NCBI GenBank assembly: GCA_051252135.1 | Contig: JBPOGH010000013.1 | Coordinates: 63,325 to 127,324 of the forward strand | Reading direction: 5' to 3' | DNA length: 64,000 bases | From: Verrucomicrobiaceae bacterium | GTDB lineage: Bacteria; Verrucomicrobiota; Verrucomicrobiia; Verrucomicrobiales; Akkermansiaceae | Shown: piece after piece, positions 1-10,904 of the stretch | How the letters are laid out: each line of letters starts with the position of its first letter | How positions within the stretch are numbered: the first letter of the stretch is position 1 | Notes under the pieces: generated by a model | Databases searched by the model: none | What the model was told of the DNA's origin: nothing | Seen by the model: the letters and a program-made list of their open reading frames with translations, nothing else | Position numbers and translations under genes: made by a program

Positions 1-13
1 TTGCGTCTGACAG

Positions 14-874
14 TCAGACACCCTTGCGCGTGCGCCTCAGCAACCCAAGGCACCCGATGAGCGCCAGCAACGCACTCTGTGGCTCCGGCACCGACTCCGC
101 CGAAAAACCAACATTATCCAGACTTCCGTGAGCCGTGTTCGGATTGGCACTCACATTGCCAAACATCCCCACCCTCACACTGGGCGCGCTCCCCAGACCA
201 CCCGCAAGCGTCATCACCTGCCCCGTCGTCGACTGCGGAAAGCTCACTCCGGTCATCGTCGCTCCGCTGTCATCAAAGATTCCATTCACCACCGACGAAA
301 ACTCAACCGTCCCGTCGCTCTTCATCGCGTAGTCCAAATTCACCGTGATCCAATCACCGGCGTATCCCAAATTATTGAACGAGGCGAGCGAGGTCTTCGT
401 CGCCCCACTATCCGCAAAAACCGAGTAGTCACTGATTCCCGTCGCTTCCACATACACCCGAAACGAATCCGCCGCGGAATTCCCGGTGTTGCTGAAAAAT
501 CCCACTCCATACTGATCCCCCGCCGTCACCGCCCCGTCATCATCGGAACGGAAATCAAAAGACAACGAACCTTCCACATCATCGGTCACCAATTCCGCCC
601 CCGTCACGTCAACAGCCGTCAACACCGCCACTCCCGAAGTCCCGCTCGCCGTCGTGGAATTCATCGAGACCGAGTTCGCATTCCCATGCCCATGCTTGGT
701 CTGACCAACATAAACCTGCCCCGGATTCAGCCCGCCTTCCCCGGTTGCCGTCTGGGTAAAATCACTCCCCACACTCCCAATACTCGTGAAATCATTGGTG
801 TAGTTAAAAAGCTCCTGGGCGCTCAACGAACTCGCTGACACCAACAGAATCTTCGGGTAAAGATAGCTATTCAT
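14..874 (-). CDS. PEP-CTERM sorting domain protein
   Basis: Signal peptide; C-terminal VPEPQSALLALIGCLGLLRRTRK (PEP, TM helix, basic tail). Confidence 0.9.
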   Translation of the reverse strand: MNSYLYPKILLVSASSLSAQELFNYTNDFTSIGSVGSDFTQTATGEGGLNPGQVYVGQTKHGHGNANSVSMNSTTASGTSGVAVLTAVDVTGAELVTDDVEGSLSFDFRSDDDGAVTAGDQYGVGFFSNTGNSAADSFRVYVEATGISDYSVFADSGATKTSLASFNNLGYAGDWITVNLDYAMKSDGTVEFSSVVNGIFDDSGATMTGVSFPQSTTGQVMTLAGGLGSAPSVRVGMFGNVSANPNTAHGSLDNVGFSAESVPEPQSALLALIGCLGLLRRTRKGV

Positions 875-1035
875 AAGGGGGTGCAGGTATTTTTATTAAA
901 TTTTATAAAATGTCAACAATCTTTGAAGTTCTTCACATCTTTTCTAACTTCTCTCCTTCCTGACTCACCACCAGCCTCTCACCGAAAATCTCAAATACAA
1001 ACTGCTGACCGGTTCCCCTGCCCTCCCTCCCCCAA

Positions 1036-1072
1036 AGAAAAACCCGCCCCGCGAACAATCGCAGAACGGGTT
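1036..1072 (-). terminator. Intrinsic terminator after katG
   Basis: Minus strand AACCCGTTCTGCGA-TTGT-TCGCGGGGCGGGTT followed by a T-run. Confidence 0.7.
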
Positions 1073-1102
1073 GAGATTCACTCGGAGTGATCGGAAGCAG
1101 CC

Positions 1103-3301
<2,199 letters not shown>

Positions 3302-3393
3302 TTAAAAAATAGCACCTGATCCTAACAGGCATCCCTCTTTTAAAACCTCACCACAACCTGTCCATCAGCAAAACACCAACGACCCATAAAGCC

Positions 3394-3408
3394 ATAAGCC
3401 CTACTTAT
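3394..3408. promoter_or_regulatory. Possible LysR/OxyR-type T-N11-A box upstream of katG
   Basis: ATAA-N7-TTAT inverted repeat about 110 bp upstream of the katG start. Confidence 0.3.
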
Positions 3409-3441
3409 GACAAACAACCTCCCCTCAACAAACATCACTCT

Positions 3442-4260
3442 CTACTCCACCGAGACCCTCAGGACACAACCCTCCTTGCCCAACTCCGCCGGATCAGGCC
3501 ACCAGATCAACTTGAAGGGATGATAAATCTCCTTCTCCGCCTCGATCATGATCTTCCCCGCCTTCGGGCTCCCCTGCTTCATCACCAGGGTCCGGTCCTC
3601 CAGACCCTTCGCCTTCACCTCGATCTCACTCGCACCCTCTTGAAAATATTCCTCCCCGTTCACATCCTCATCCGTCTCGTGAAATTTCAGCCGCACCTTC
3701 TTCCCATCCTTCACCCGCACCCCCTCCAAGGTATCCTTCCCCACCAACTTCTTCAGTTCCCGCTCACTCACATCGTCATCCAGATAATACATCTTCGGCA
3801 TCCACAACTGCAGACCCACCCGAACCGGATTCTTCGTCTTTTGACCCACAATCCTCGGACGAATCACCATCTCCCCGCCATCCATCAAAAACGTCCACTC
3901 CACCTGGGTCTCGCCCCCATAAGTCGTCACTAGCGTCACCGGCCCCTTCGGATTCAGCCCCTTCTCATCCTCGCTCGTATGGGGATTCTCTTCAGCCAAT
4001 TTTCGATAAACCGCTTTCCCGTTAAAATCTTCCTGCAGGAACTGACGAATCGGAAACGTCTTATGCGGCACCCGCTTCCGATCATCTTTGATCATCATCA
4101 CCATCTCCGCATCCGCCCCGACCCCAAAGTCAAAATTTCGCTCCTCCCAACCCACAAAATAAGCCAACCACTCCTTCCCCTCACTCATCTCCGGTAACTG
4201 GCCAAACACCGACGACACAAGGAGCGCAAAAACCTGAAAAGTCCGTTTCATCACCTCCAA
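3442..4260 (-). CDS. Hypothetical secreted protein (start may be 4251)
   Basis: 272-aa ORF with signal-peptide-like N-terminus and the local G-ending codon bias. Confidence 0.75.
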   Translation of the reverse strand: MEVMKRTFQVFALLVSSVFGQLPEMSEGKEWLAYFVGWEERNFDFGVGADAEMVMMIKDDRKRVPHKTFPIRQFLQEDFNGKAVYRKLAEENPHTSEDEKGLNPKGPVTLVTTYGGETQVEWTFLMDGGEMVIRPRIVGQKTKNPVRVGLQLWMPKMYYLDDDVSERELKKLVGKDTLEGVRVKDGKKVRLKFHETDEDVNGEEYFQEGASEIEVKAKGLEDRTLVMKQGSPKAGKIMIEAEKEIYHPFKLIWWPDPAELGKEGCVLRVSVE

Positions 4261-4341
4261 CTAAGCACCACACCCCGCCCCCCGTAAAGACCCTCTCTCA
4301 TCTTTCGTTGTCATCTCACCGGCAAAGGCTAAACTCACCTG

Positions 4342-4737
4342 ATGAAAAAAATCACGCTCTGGCTGGTCGCCGCTCTCGCGCCCATCCTCTTAACTACCCC
4401 CGTCTCCGCCGAGGCCCCGGCCAGCCCCGCGGCCGAAGAAACCGTCGAAACCAAAACCCCCGTCCTCACCTACTACTACTTCGACGGATGACCGATGTGC
4501 GCCAAGATTAAGGTCATCGTGAATGATCTCAAAAAGACCAAAGGAGAACAAATCGCCTTTAGCAACGTCCTCGTCGGCGCCGGCAACAGCGTCAAGGAAA
4601 TCGAAAAAGCCAAACTCAAAAGCCACGGCATCATCGCCAAGGACAAGAAGGGCAAAATCGTCGAACTCGTCCACGGCCACTCCTACGGAAAAAAGGAAGT
4701 CGAAGCCGTCGTCGCCAAACTCCTCAAGGAGAAATAA
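4342..4737 (+). CDS. Probable secreted thioredoxin-like selenoprotein (UxxC; TGA 4489-4491 read as Sec)
   Basis: ATG 4342 gives signal peptide MKKITLWLVAALAPILLTTPVSA, then VLTYYYFDG-TGA-PMC in frame with ORF 4495-4737; hairpin 4511-4529; own terminator. Confidence 0.8.
4511..4529 (+). promoter_or_regulatory. Candidate bacterial SECIS element
   Basis: AGGTCAT-CGTGA-ATGATCT 7-bp stem; loop starts 26 nt after the TGA and has G at loop position 2. Confidence 0.55.
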
Positions 4738-4767
4738 CCTGCCCCCCATCAACATCCTCCATCACCG

Positions 4768-4800
4768 AACGCCAGAAGTCCTCTTCTGGCGTTTTTGTTT
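4768..4800 (+). terminator. Intrinsic terminator
   Basis: AACGCCAGAAG-TCCT-CTTCTGGCGTT followed by TTTGTTT. Confidence 0.85.
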
Positions 4801-4861
4801 ACAATCCCGCACCCCACAAGAACATCTCCCTACCTGGAAACCACCCACCAAACCTGTCTCC

Positions 4862-6523
4862 ATGCCTTCCTTCACACCATCTCTTCTCGCCCTCGCCTCC
4901 TTCCTCCTCTCGCTTCAGTGCGTCTCCGGAAAAATCCTTCCCCTCGAAAATCCCGACCCCGCCACCCCCATCTCCCTCGCCCAATGGCAGGTCGCCGACC
5001 TCTCCTACCCCCTCAAGGACCCGGTCGCCAACCCCTTCTCCAAACAAGCCCACGCCCTCGTAAAGCACGGCGACGCCACCCAAAAAGTTTCCCTCTTCTT
5101 CAACGGCAACAACACTTGGGTCTTCCGCTTCTCCAGCGCCACCACCGGCTCCCAATCCTTCACCATCCAGTCCGAAATCCCCGAACTCAACGGCAAGTCC
5201 GGCACCTTCAACATCACCCCCAACGAAAAACAAAACCGCCACGGCGGAATCGTCCTCAATAAAGAAAACCCCCAACACTTCTTCTACCAGGACGGCTCGC
5301 ACTACTTCAATCTCGCCTTCGAGTGCGACTGGCTCTTCGCCCTCGACTACGGCCAACCCAACACCCCAAAAACCAACCACCTCCTCGACCAAATCGCCAA
5401 GCACGGCTTCAACCAAATCGTCATGAACGTCTACTCATACGATGTCGACTGGCCCAAGGACAAACGCCTCGCCCAACATCCGGAACACGAATACGGAGGC
5501 CGCGAAGACATCTTCCCCTTCCTCGGCTCCAACTCCAATCCCGACCACTCCTCCCTCAACCTCGCCTTCTTCCAGCACTTCGACAAAGTCATCTCGGAAA
5601 TGCACGACCGCGAGCTCGTCTCCCACCTCATGATCTACGTCTGGAACAAGCTCGTCGCCTGGCCCGAGATGGAATCGGAGGCCGACAACCTCTACTACGA
5701 CTACGTCATCAAACGCTACCAGGCCTTCCCCAACATCATCTGGGACGTCTCCAAAGAAGCCCTCCACCGCACCCGCGCCACCAAGGAATACATCTCCGAA
5801 AGAATCGAGCGCACCCGCAAGCTCGACTCCTACAACCGCCTCGTCTCCGTGCACGACTACGGCTTCTGCCGAAATCACGCCGACCAGGTCGACTTCATCT
5901 CCATGCAAAATTGGAAGCACACCCTCTACCAACACATGCTCGAAGCCCGCCGGGAATTCCCCAAAATGCCCATCTTCAACATCGAGCACGGCGGCTACGA
6001 GGAATCACCCTACGTCGTCTTCCCCGGTGCCTATGTAGACGCCGGGACCTGCCTCCGCCGGAACTACCTCTGCCTCTTCGCCGGAGGCTACACCACCTAC
6101 TACTGGCAGGGTGCCTCCTGGAACGCCGTCATCCACAACCCCTTCGAACAACCCGAGGACTTCATCAAACCCCGCTTCGACTACTTCGCCCACATGCGCA
6201 CCCTCTTCGACACCGTCAATTTTGAGAACTGCCAACCCAGCCCTCGCGACAACTCCAGCGGCTTCAATCTCACCAACAAAAAAGACGGCATCGTCCTTCT
6301 CTACTGCCCCAAGGAAAATCACTTCATCGGCGCCAACGGCCAGCTCCAGCGCGAGTTCGACTACTCAAACGCCACCACCCAATGGTTCAACACCCTCACC
6401 GGTGAGTTCACCGATGAGAAAAAATTCACCTTCAAAGACCTCGGCTTCTGGGAATGGCGACCCTGGCGCAACGAAGCCGACGCCATCCTCATCTTCCGTA
6501 ACCTGAAGGCGCTGGGCAAATAG
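4862..6523 (+). CDS. Secreted DUF5060/DUF4038-type (GH140 apiosidase-like) glycoside hydrolase
   Basis: Signal peptide from ATG 4862; FFNGNNTWVFRF, HFFYQDGSHYF, YVIKRYQAFPNIIWDVSKE, NIEHGGYE. Confidence 0.7.
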   Translation: MPSFTPSLLALASFLLSLQCVSGKILPLENPDPATPISLAQWQVADLSYPLKDPVANPFSKQAHALVKHGDATQKVSLFFNGNNTWVFRFSSATTGSQSFTIQSEIPELNGKSGTFNITPNEKQNRHGGIVLNKENPQHFFYQDGSHYFNLAFECDWLFALDYGQPNTPKTNHLLDQIAKHGFNQIVMNVYSYDVDWPKDKRLAQHPEHEYGGREDIFPFLGSNSNPDHSSLNLAFFQHFDKVISEMHDRELVSHLMIYVWNKLVAWPEMESEADNLYYDYVIKRYQAFPNIIWDVSKEALHRTRATKEYISERIERTRKLDSYNRLVSVHDYGFCRNHADQVDFISMQNWKHTLYQHMLEARREFPKMPIFNIEHGGYEESPYVVFPGAYVDAGTCLRRNYLCLFAGGYTTYYWQGASWNAVIHNPFEQPEDFIKPRFDYFAHMRTLFDTVNFENCQPSPRDNSSGFNLTNKKDGIVLLYCPKENHFIGANGQLQREFDYSNATTQWFNTLTGEFTDEKKFTFKDLGFWEWRPWRNEADAILIFRNLKALGK

Positions 6524-6541
6524 TAGCCTCCATCCTCGCGT

Positions 6542-7255
6542 TCAGCGTCTCCTCACCAGGCACCCTCCAAGGAGTGCCAGTGAACCAAGCAGAACCACCG
6601 ATGGCTCGGGAACAACCTGCGTCACCGTCACCTTGAAGTTGTCAGCCAGCACAACCCGCTGCTCTGACACGTGACTCGTCGGAGTATCCGCTACCAATTC
6701 GGCACTCGAGTAGAACCCGAACCCAAACGCAAGCGGAGTGCTCCCGCTAAAATCCCGCCCCGAAAAGTTCGACGCATCCAGATCGACCACCGAAACCGTA
6801 TGCCAATCTCCATCGGTCGTAAAACTCGTGAACCCGCTCGAAGAACCACCGCCCGTCGTCGCATCCTCCACATTAAAAAAGACCGATGAAAACGGATCGC
6901 TCGACTTCAAATCAATCGAAAAGGAAATCTTATCAATCGCCCCATCCACACTCGGCGTGTAGGTGAAAGTCTGATCGACAAAGAACGACTGCACAAACGT
7001 GCTCCCACTCACACCCGGCCCCGACGCCACCTCGTGGGAATGCGTCACCCGCAACAAACCTCCCGGGTTCCCTCCGGTCCCCAGAGCAAGCTGGGATTCC
7101 GAAGACAGATCATCAGGATTACTACCGCTGTCCGAGCCATTGAATGAAAAGCTGTCGTAAAACGGCGCATCCATTGAATCGCTAAAAATAAGAGTCTGGG
7201 CACTGGACAGACTGACGGCACCAAGGGTGCAAAGGGCCATACAAATCGATTTCAT
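6542..7255 (-). CDS. PEP-CTERM sorting domain protein
   Basis: Signal peptide; C-terminal VPEPSVVLLGSLALLGGCLVRRR. Confidence 0.9.
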   Translation of the reverse strand: MKSICMALCTLGAVSLSSAQTLIFSDSMDAPFYDSFSFNGSDSGSNPDDLSSESQLALGTGGNPGGLLRVTHSHEVASGPGVSGSTFVQSFFVDQTFTYTPSVDGAIDKISFSIDLKSSDPFSSVFFNVEDATTGGGSSSGFTSFTTDGDWHTVSVVDLDASNFSGRDFSGSTPLAFGFGFYSSAELVADTPTSHVSEQRVVLADNFKVTVTQVVPEPSVVLLGSLALLGGCLVRRR

Positions 7256-7357
7256 AACCTCCCTTTTTACCCCCCTCTCGCCAAAAAAGGCAATGTCAAT
7301 CGAGGTCGCTAAGACCAGCGAAAAATCAACATCACAAGATGGTCACACCTCCCGTCC

Positions 7358-8365
7358 CTACCGCGCCAACCTCACAAATCCAATCTTCCCCTTCCCTCCC
7401 AACTGCTCCACCGACTTCTCAAAAGCCGGCACATAGCGCTCACTCGAAAAAAACGGACCACTCCCAAACACCCCCGACGAACCACCACCCGTGAGATACC
7501 CGATGAGAATCGGCTCACCACGCACAAAGATAAACGACGGATTCGAACTGTCTCCCCCGATCGCCCGATTCGGTTCACGCCGGAACTCCGCCGCCACCGG
7601 CACCTCCATCCCATAAACAATCGCCCGGCTGTCACCGTAAATCCTCTTCACATTATAAATCACACACTCCCGCTCCCGACTCGTATTGAGCGTCTTCGCA
7701 TTCGCCAGAAACTCCATCCAATCCACCTTCTTACCCGCCCTATCCACCGGCGAGAGCAGCCGGTAGGACGTCACCGCCTCCGGCAGCGCCTTATCCAACA
7801 TCACAATCGTGATATCCGCCCAAATATCCGGATTCACATACTTCGCAATCCGACGCTCATACCGCCTCCCGCTCCGGTCATGGAATCTCACCACCGCCTT
7901 CGCCTCCCCCGCCTTCACCACCTGCACCTCACCCTTCTTCGCCGTCGGTGACAGCCCCCTCCGCACAATCGTATGCTGCGCAATGATTCCATGCTGCGGC
8001 GTAATCATCGTAATCTCCGCCGTCGACGTCTCACGCCCCTTCTTCACCTGCACATCATCCCAGGCCACCCCCGTCATATCGACCGGATACGTCCAGGACC
8101 CCACCGCCCAACGCACATCCTGATCCCGATTGTAAAAATCAAACAACTGCCGCGATCCCCCGCCCCCCTTCATCAGCACATCAAAATGCGCATCTGAGTG
8201 ACCCTTCAACGTCGCCAGACTCGGCACCTCATTGGCCAACTTCCCTCCCGGGAAATTCACCCCCACCCGCACCGCCTTCCGCACCTCCCCCACCGACTGA
8301 CCCCCAACCGGCCCCACACAGGAAACCAACACCATCAGCAAACACAAAACGGAAAATCCCTTCAT
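7358..8365 (-). CDS. Putative lipoprotein with trypsin-like serine protease fold
   Basis: LVSC lipobox-like; MITPQHGIIAQH, ADITIV and GGDSSNP resemble the His/Asp/Ser triad motifs. Confidence 0.6.
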   Translation of the reverse strand: MKGFSVLCLLMVLVSCVGPVGGQSVGEVRKAVRVGVNFPGGKLANEVPSLATLKGHSDAHFDVLMKGGGGSRQLFDFYNRDQDVRWAVGSWTYPVDMTGVAWDDVQVKKGRETSTAEITMITPQHGIIAQHTIVRRGLSPTAKKGEVQVVKAGEAKAVVRFHDRSGRRYERRIAKYVNPDIWADITIVMLDKALPEAVTSYRLLSPVDRAGKKVDWMEFLANAKTLNTSRERECVIYNVKRIYGDSRAIVYGMEVPVAAEFRREPNRAIGGDSSNPSFIFVRGEPILIGYLTGGGSSGVFGSGPFFSSERYVPAFEKSVEQLGGKGKIGFVRLAR

Positions 8366-8480
8366 CTCCCCAACCCTACTCTCGATAAATCACTCGAGAA
8401 ACAACGAACTTCCCCACCTTCCTTTTCTCACAATTTTCATCTCATTAACGCCCCACCTGCGCTAAAGCTGACCTGTCATC

Positions 8481-9107
8481 ATGTCCCTTCAGAATCAATC
8501 CATCCACGAGATCTTCGAACACCAGAAGCTCGATCTCTTGCATCACCTCCTGAAAAATTCCGATGACCTCCACACCGCCATCATCTTTCTCCGCAGTCGC
8601 GATGCCGTCCACGCCGTCAACACCTCACTCAATCAGGCCGGCATCAGCGTCGCTTCACTCCACGGAAATAAAAAAATCGAACTCCGCGAGCGCGCCCTCA
8701 AAGAACTTAAGGAAGGCAAAATCCGCGTCCTCGTCGCCACCGAGGCCGTCCTCCGCACCCTCGACATCACCGGAGTCCGCCACGTCATTCACTTCGAATT
8801 CCACGAGCTCAATGCCGACTACGCCAACCGCGTAACAAGCACCCTGGACGCCGGAGGAACCGTCACCACCTTCGTCACCCCCAAGGACATCAAACTCCTC
8901 GCCAAGCTCGAAGAGTTCGTCGGCCAAGAACTCCCCCGCAAGACCGCCCCGGACTTCCCCTACGACGAACAACCCCGCAAATCCCGCGCCCTCGGAGACG
9001 AATCCAGGACCGCCAACAAAACCGGCAACAAACCCCTCCAGCACAAAAAGCCCAAACTCAAAAACAAGGGCCCCCGCCGCAAAACCGGACGCACCAGAAA
9101 ACGGTAG
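8481..9107 (+). CDS. Stand-alone DEAD-box helicase C-terminal (RecA2) domain protein with basic tail
   Basis: AIIFLRSR, SLHGNK, VLVATE..RTLDI..VRHVI; no Walker A or DEAD domain. Confidence 0.75.
   Translation: MSLQNQSIHEIFEHQKLDLLHHLLKNSDDLHTAIIFLRSRDAVHAVNTSLNQAGISVASLHGNKKIELRERALKELKEGKIRVLVATEAVLRTLDITGVRHVIHFEFHELNADYANRVTSTLDAGGTVTTFVTPKDIKLLAKLEEFVGQELPRKTAPDFPYDEQPRKSRALGDESRTANKTGNKPLQHKKPKLKNKGPRRKTGRTRKR
9021..9107 (+). repeat. 3' end of helicase-domain gene, duplicated at 16313-16399
   Basis: 87-bp direct repeat with 2 mismatches. Confidence 0.95.
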
Positions 9108-9171
9108 CATCCCGGCCGGCTTCTGCAGGAAGCCAATATTCATTCCCCGTCAAAGTCATGGGGACAAAGCC

Positions 9172-9229
9172 AAAAAAAACTGCCTTCAGGACCAAGGTCC
9201 TGAGGCAGTCGATCGATTGACCGTAGGTT
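9172..9229 (-). terminator. Intrinsic terminator plus 3' UTR, duplicated at 10846-10903
   Basis: CTGCCTCAGGACC-TT-GGTCCTGAAGGCAG followed by T8 on the minus strand; 58 bp identical in both copies. Confidence 0.9.
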
Positions 9230-9230
9230 G

Positions 9231-10661
9231 TTACACGGACCGACGACGTCCAAAGAGGAACACCGCACCGACCAATGTAAGAAGTGCCGCACTTGGCTCC
9301 GGAATCGTAACCAAAGACCCCGTCAGGAAATAAGCTCCCATGTCGAAGTAATCGTTTTCTCCGGGGTTAAAGGTCGAGTCCTGCGCATGTCCGCCAAAAC
9401 TCTTCACTTCAAGATAGTAATCACCGGCCGTCAGGGTCGCGAACAGATCGGAGATCATCGTGTCCGTCGCCTCATCCCCTGATTTGATCAGAGTGTCCGA
9501 TGAATCATAAAGTGAAATAATGCTTCGCAGTGTCCCCACCCCGTCTGCCTGACCCGGCACAATGAAGTCCGTGCTGTTATTGATCGTGAGGTTGAGCTGG
9601 GAAGTATCCCCCACCGTAAGGCTGAAGTAATCCTTGGTGTAATTGTCCGATCCAATCGGATTGTAACTATTCAGACCATTCGGAACGATGATCCCCTTCG
9701 CCGAAGTAAAATCAATATCAGTCCCATTAAGACCCAGCACCGTTGCCGTGGCTGGCGTATGCCCGATTCCATCATCGACCAGGGTCAACCCCGCATTGGT
9801 GCTCAACAGGCGCGCAACATCGTTCTGCTGATGATTCGCGTAATTGGCTGAAGACTCTCCGACATAAGCCTCGGAAGCGTTGGAATCACCATAACGCCAG
9901 GCCGTCCGTTGACGCCCGTCGGCGTTTCCGATGATGGGGACATACGAACCGCTGCCGGCATTCGTATCACCCACCGAATACTCGGCGGAAAGCGTGTTCC
10001 CGCTGTAGTCACTCTGGTGATTCAGACCAAAGGCGTGGGCATTCTCGTGAGACGTCACCCGGCCAATGTAATCACCATTGATCACACCACCGTTGTTCGC
10101 ACCCGCCTGACCCTGGCTCAACATGAAGTTCGTCCGGGACCCATAGTAGGAATTGTTCCCGCCAATCACCGCAATTCCAGATGTTCCGTCGGCTCCGGCA
10201 ACCCAGGACGCCTGACCACCCGATCCATCATCGCGAAGCCCGGACCCCACCACCGTGTGCATGAAGTTCGCCTTGGAATCATAATATGTCTGACGATCCT
10301 TGTCCGTCGCCGCCTGACCCGCAGCTACCGCAGGATCAATCGTCGTCACATTCACATCGAAACCAATGTAGGATTGTGACACCCGGGCCCAAAGCTTCTT
10401 GATCTCCTCTTGCTCCGCCGCGTTGAACGACCCCGTATTGGCCACATCGTTCAAAGCCGGAGTATCCCCCGGCGAAAGAAGGTCCCCTCCGTCCAACCAC
10501 GTTCCATCGTAATTGAATCCGGCCACGTTGAGATATATCTCATACGCCGCTCCGGGTCGGCTGCTCAGCTGGGGAACCCCCGTGGTGTGGACATCAGCCA
10601 AGGCTGAAAACGTAAAAGCCGCAGTGAGTCCGAGCACCGCGCGCGTGTAATGGTTATGCAT
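9231..10661 (-). CDS. PEP-CTERM-anchored metzincin-like zinc metalloprotease, paralog 1
   Basis: HENAHAFGLNH (HExxHxxGxxH); PPC-like C-terminal domain; IPEP sorting signal. Confidence 0.85.
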   Translation of the reverse strand: MHNHYTRAVLGLTAAFTFSALADVHTTGVPQLSSRPGAAYEIYLNVAGFNYDGTWLDGGDLLSPGDTPALNDVANTGSFNAAEQEEIKKLWARVSQSYIGFDVNVTTIDPAVAAGQAATDKDRQTYYDSKANFMHTVVGSGLRDDGSGGQASWVAGADGTSGIAVIGGNNSYYGSRTNFMLSQGQAGANNGGVINGDYIGRVTSHENAHAFGLNHQSDYSGNTLSAEYSVGDTNAGSGSYVPIIGNADGRQRTAWRYGDSNASEAYVGESSANYANHQQNDVARLLSTNAGLTLVDDGIGHTPATATVLGLNGTDIDFTSAKGIIVPNGLNSYNPIGSDNYTKDYFSLTVGDTSQLNLTINNSTDFIVPGQADGVGTLRSIISLYDSSDTLIKSGDEATDTMISDLFATLTAGDYYLEVKSFGGHAQDSTFNPGENDYFDMGAYFLTGSLVTIPEPSAALLTLVGAVFLFGRRRSV

Positions 10662-10775
10662 AATTGGTTGAATTCAAATTTATGAGGGGCCGAAACCTTA
10701 AAGGAGAACATTTGATACGCTTCACCTAGGAAGGTCACAGGGGCTCAATGGTGCATATTCCCAACACTTTGGATA

Positions 10776-10791
10776 TAGGACCTTAGTCCTA
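10776..10791. promoter_or_regulatory. Palindromic operator TAGGAC-N4-GTCCTA
   Basis: Perfect 6-4-6 inverted repeat 115 bp upstream of the 10661 start; equivalent box at the same distance from paralog 2. Confidence 0.7.
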
Positions 10792-10845
10792 CAAACCACC
10801 CTAGTACTAATTCTGTGAAGGCCAATCCTCACCGATTTCACTGCA

Positions 10846-10903
10846 AAAAAAAACTGCCTTCAGGACCAAGGTCCTGAGGCAGTCGATCGATTGACCGTAG
10901 GTT
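10846..10903 (-). terminator. Intrinsic terminator plus 3' UTR, second copy
   Basis: Identical to 9172-9229. Confidence 0.9.
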
Positions 10904-10904
10904 A

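Noticed and set aside
4523..4861. N-terminal extension of the 666-aa ORF
   Set aside because: It overlaps the selenoprotein gene and its terminator; the signal peptide begins at ATG 4862.
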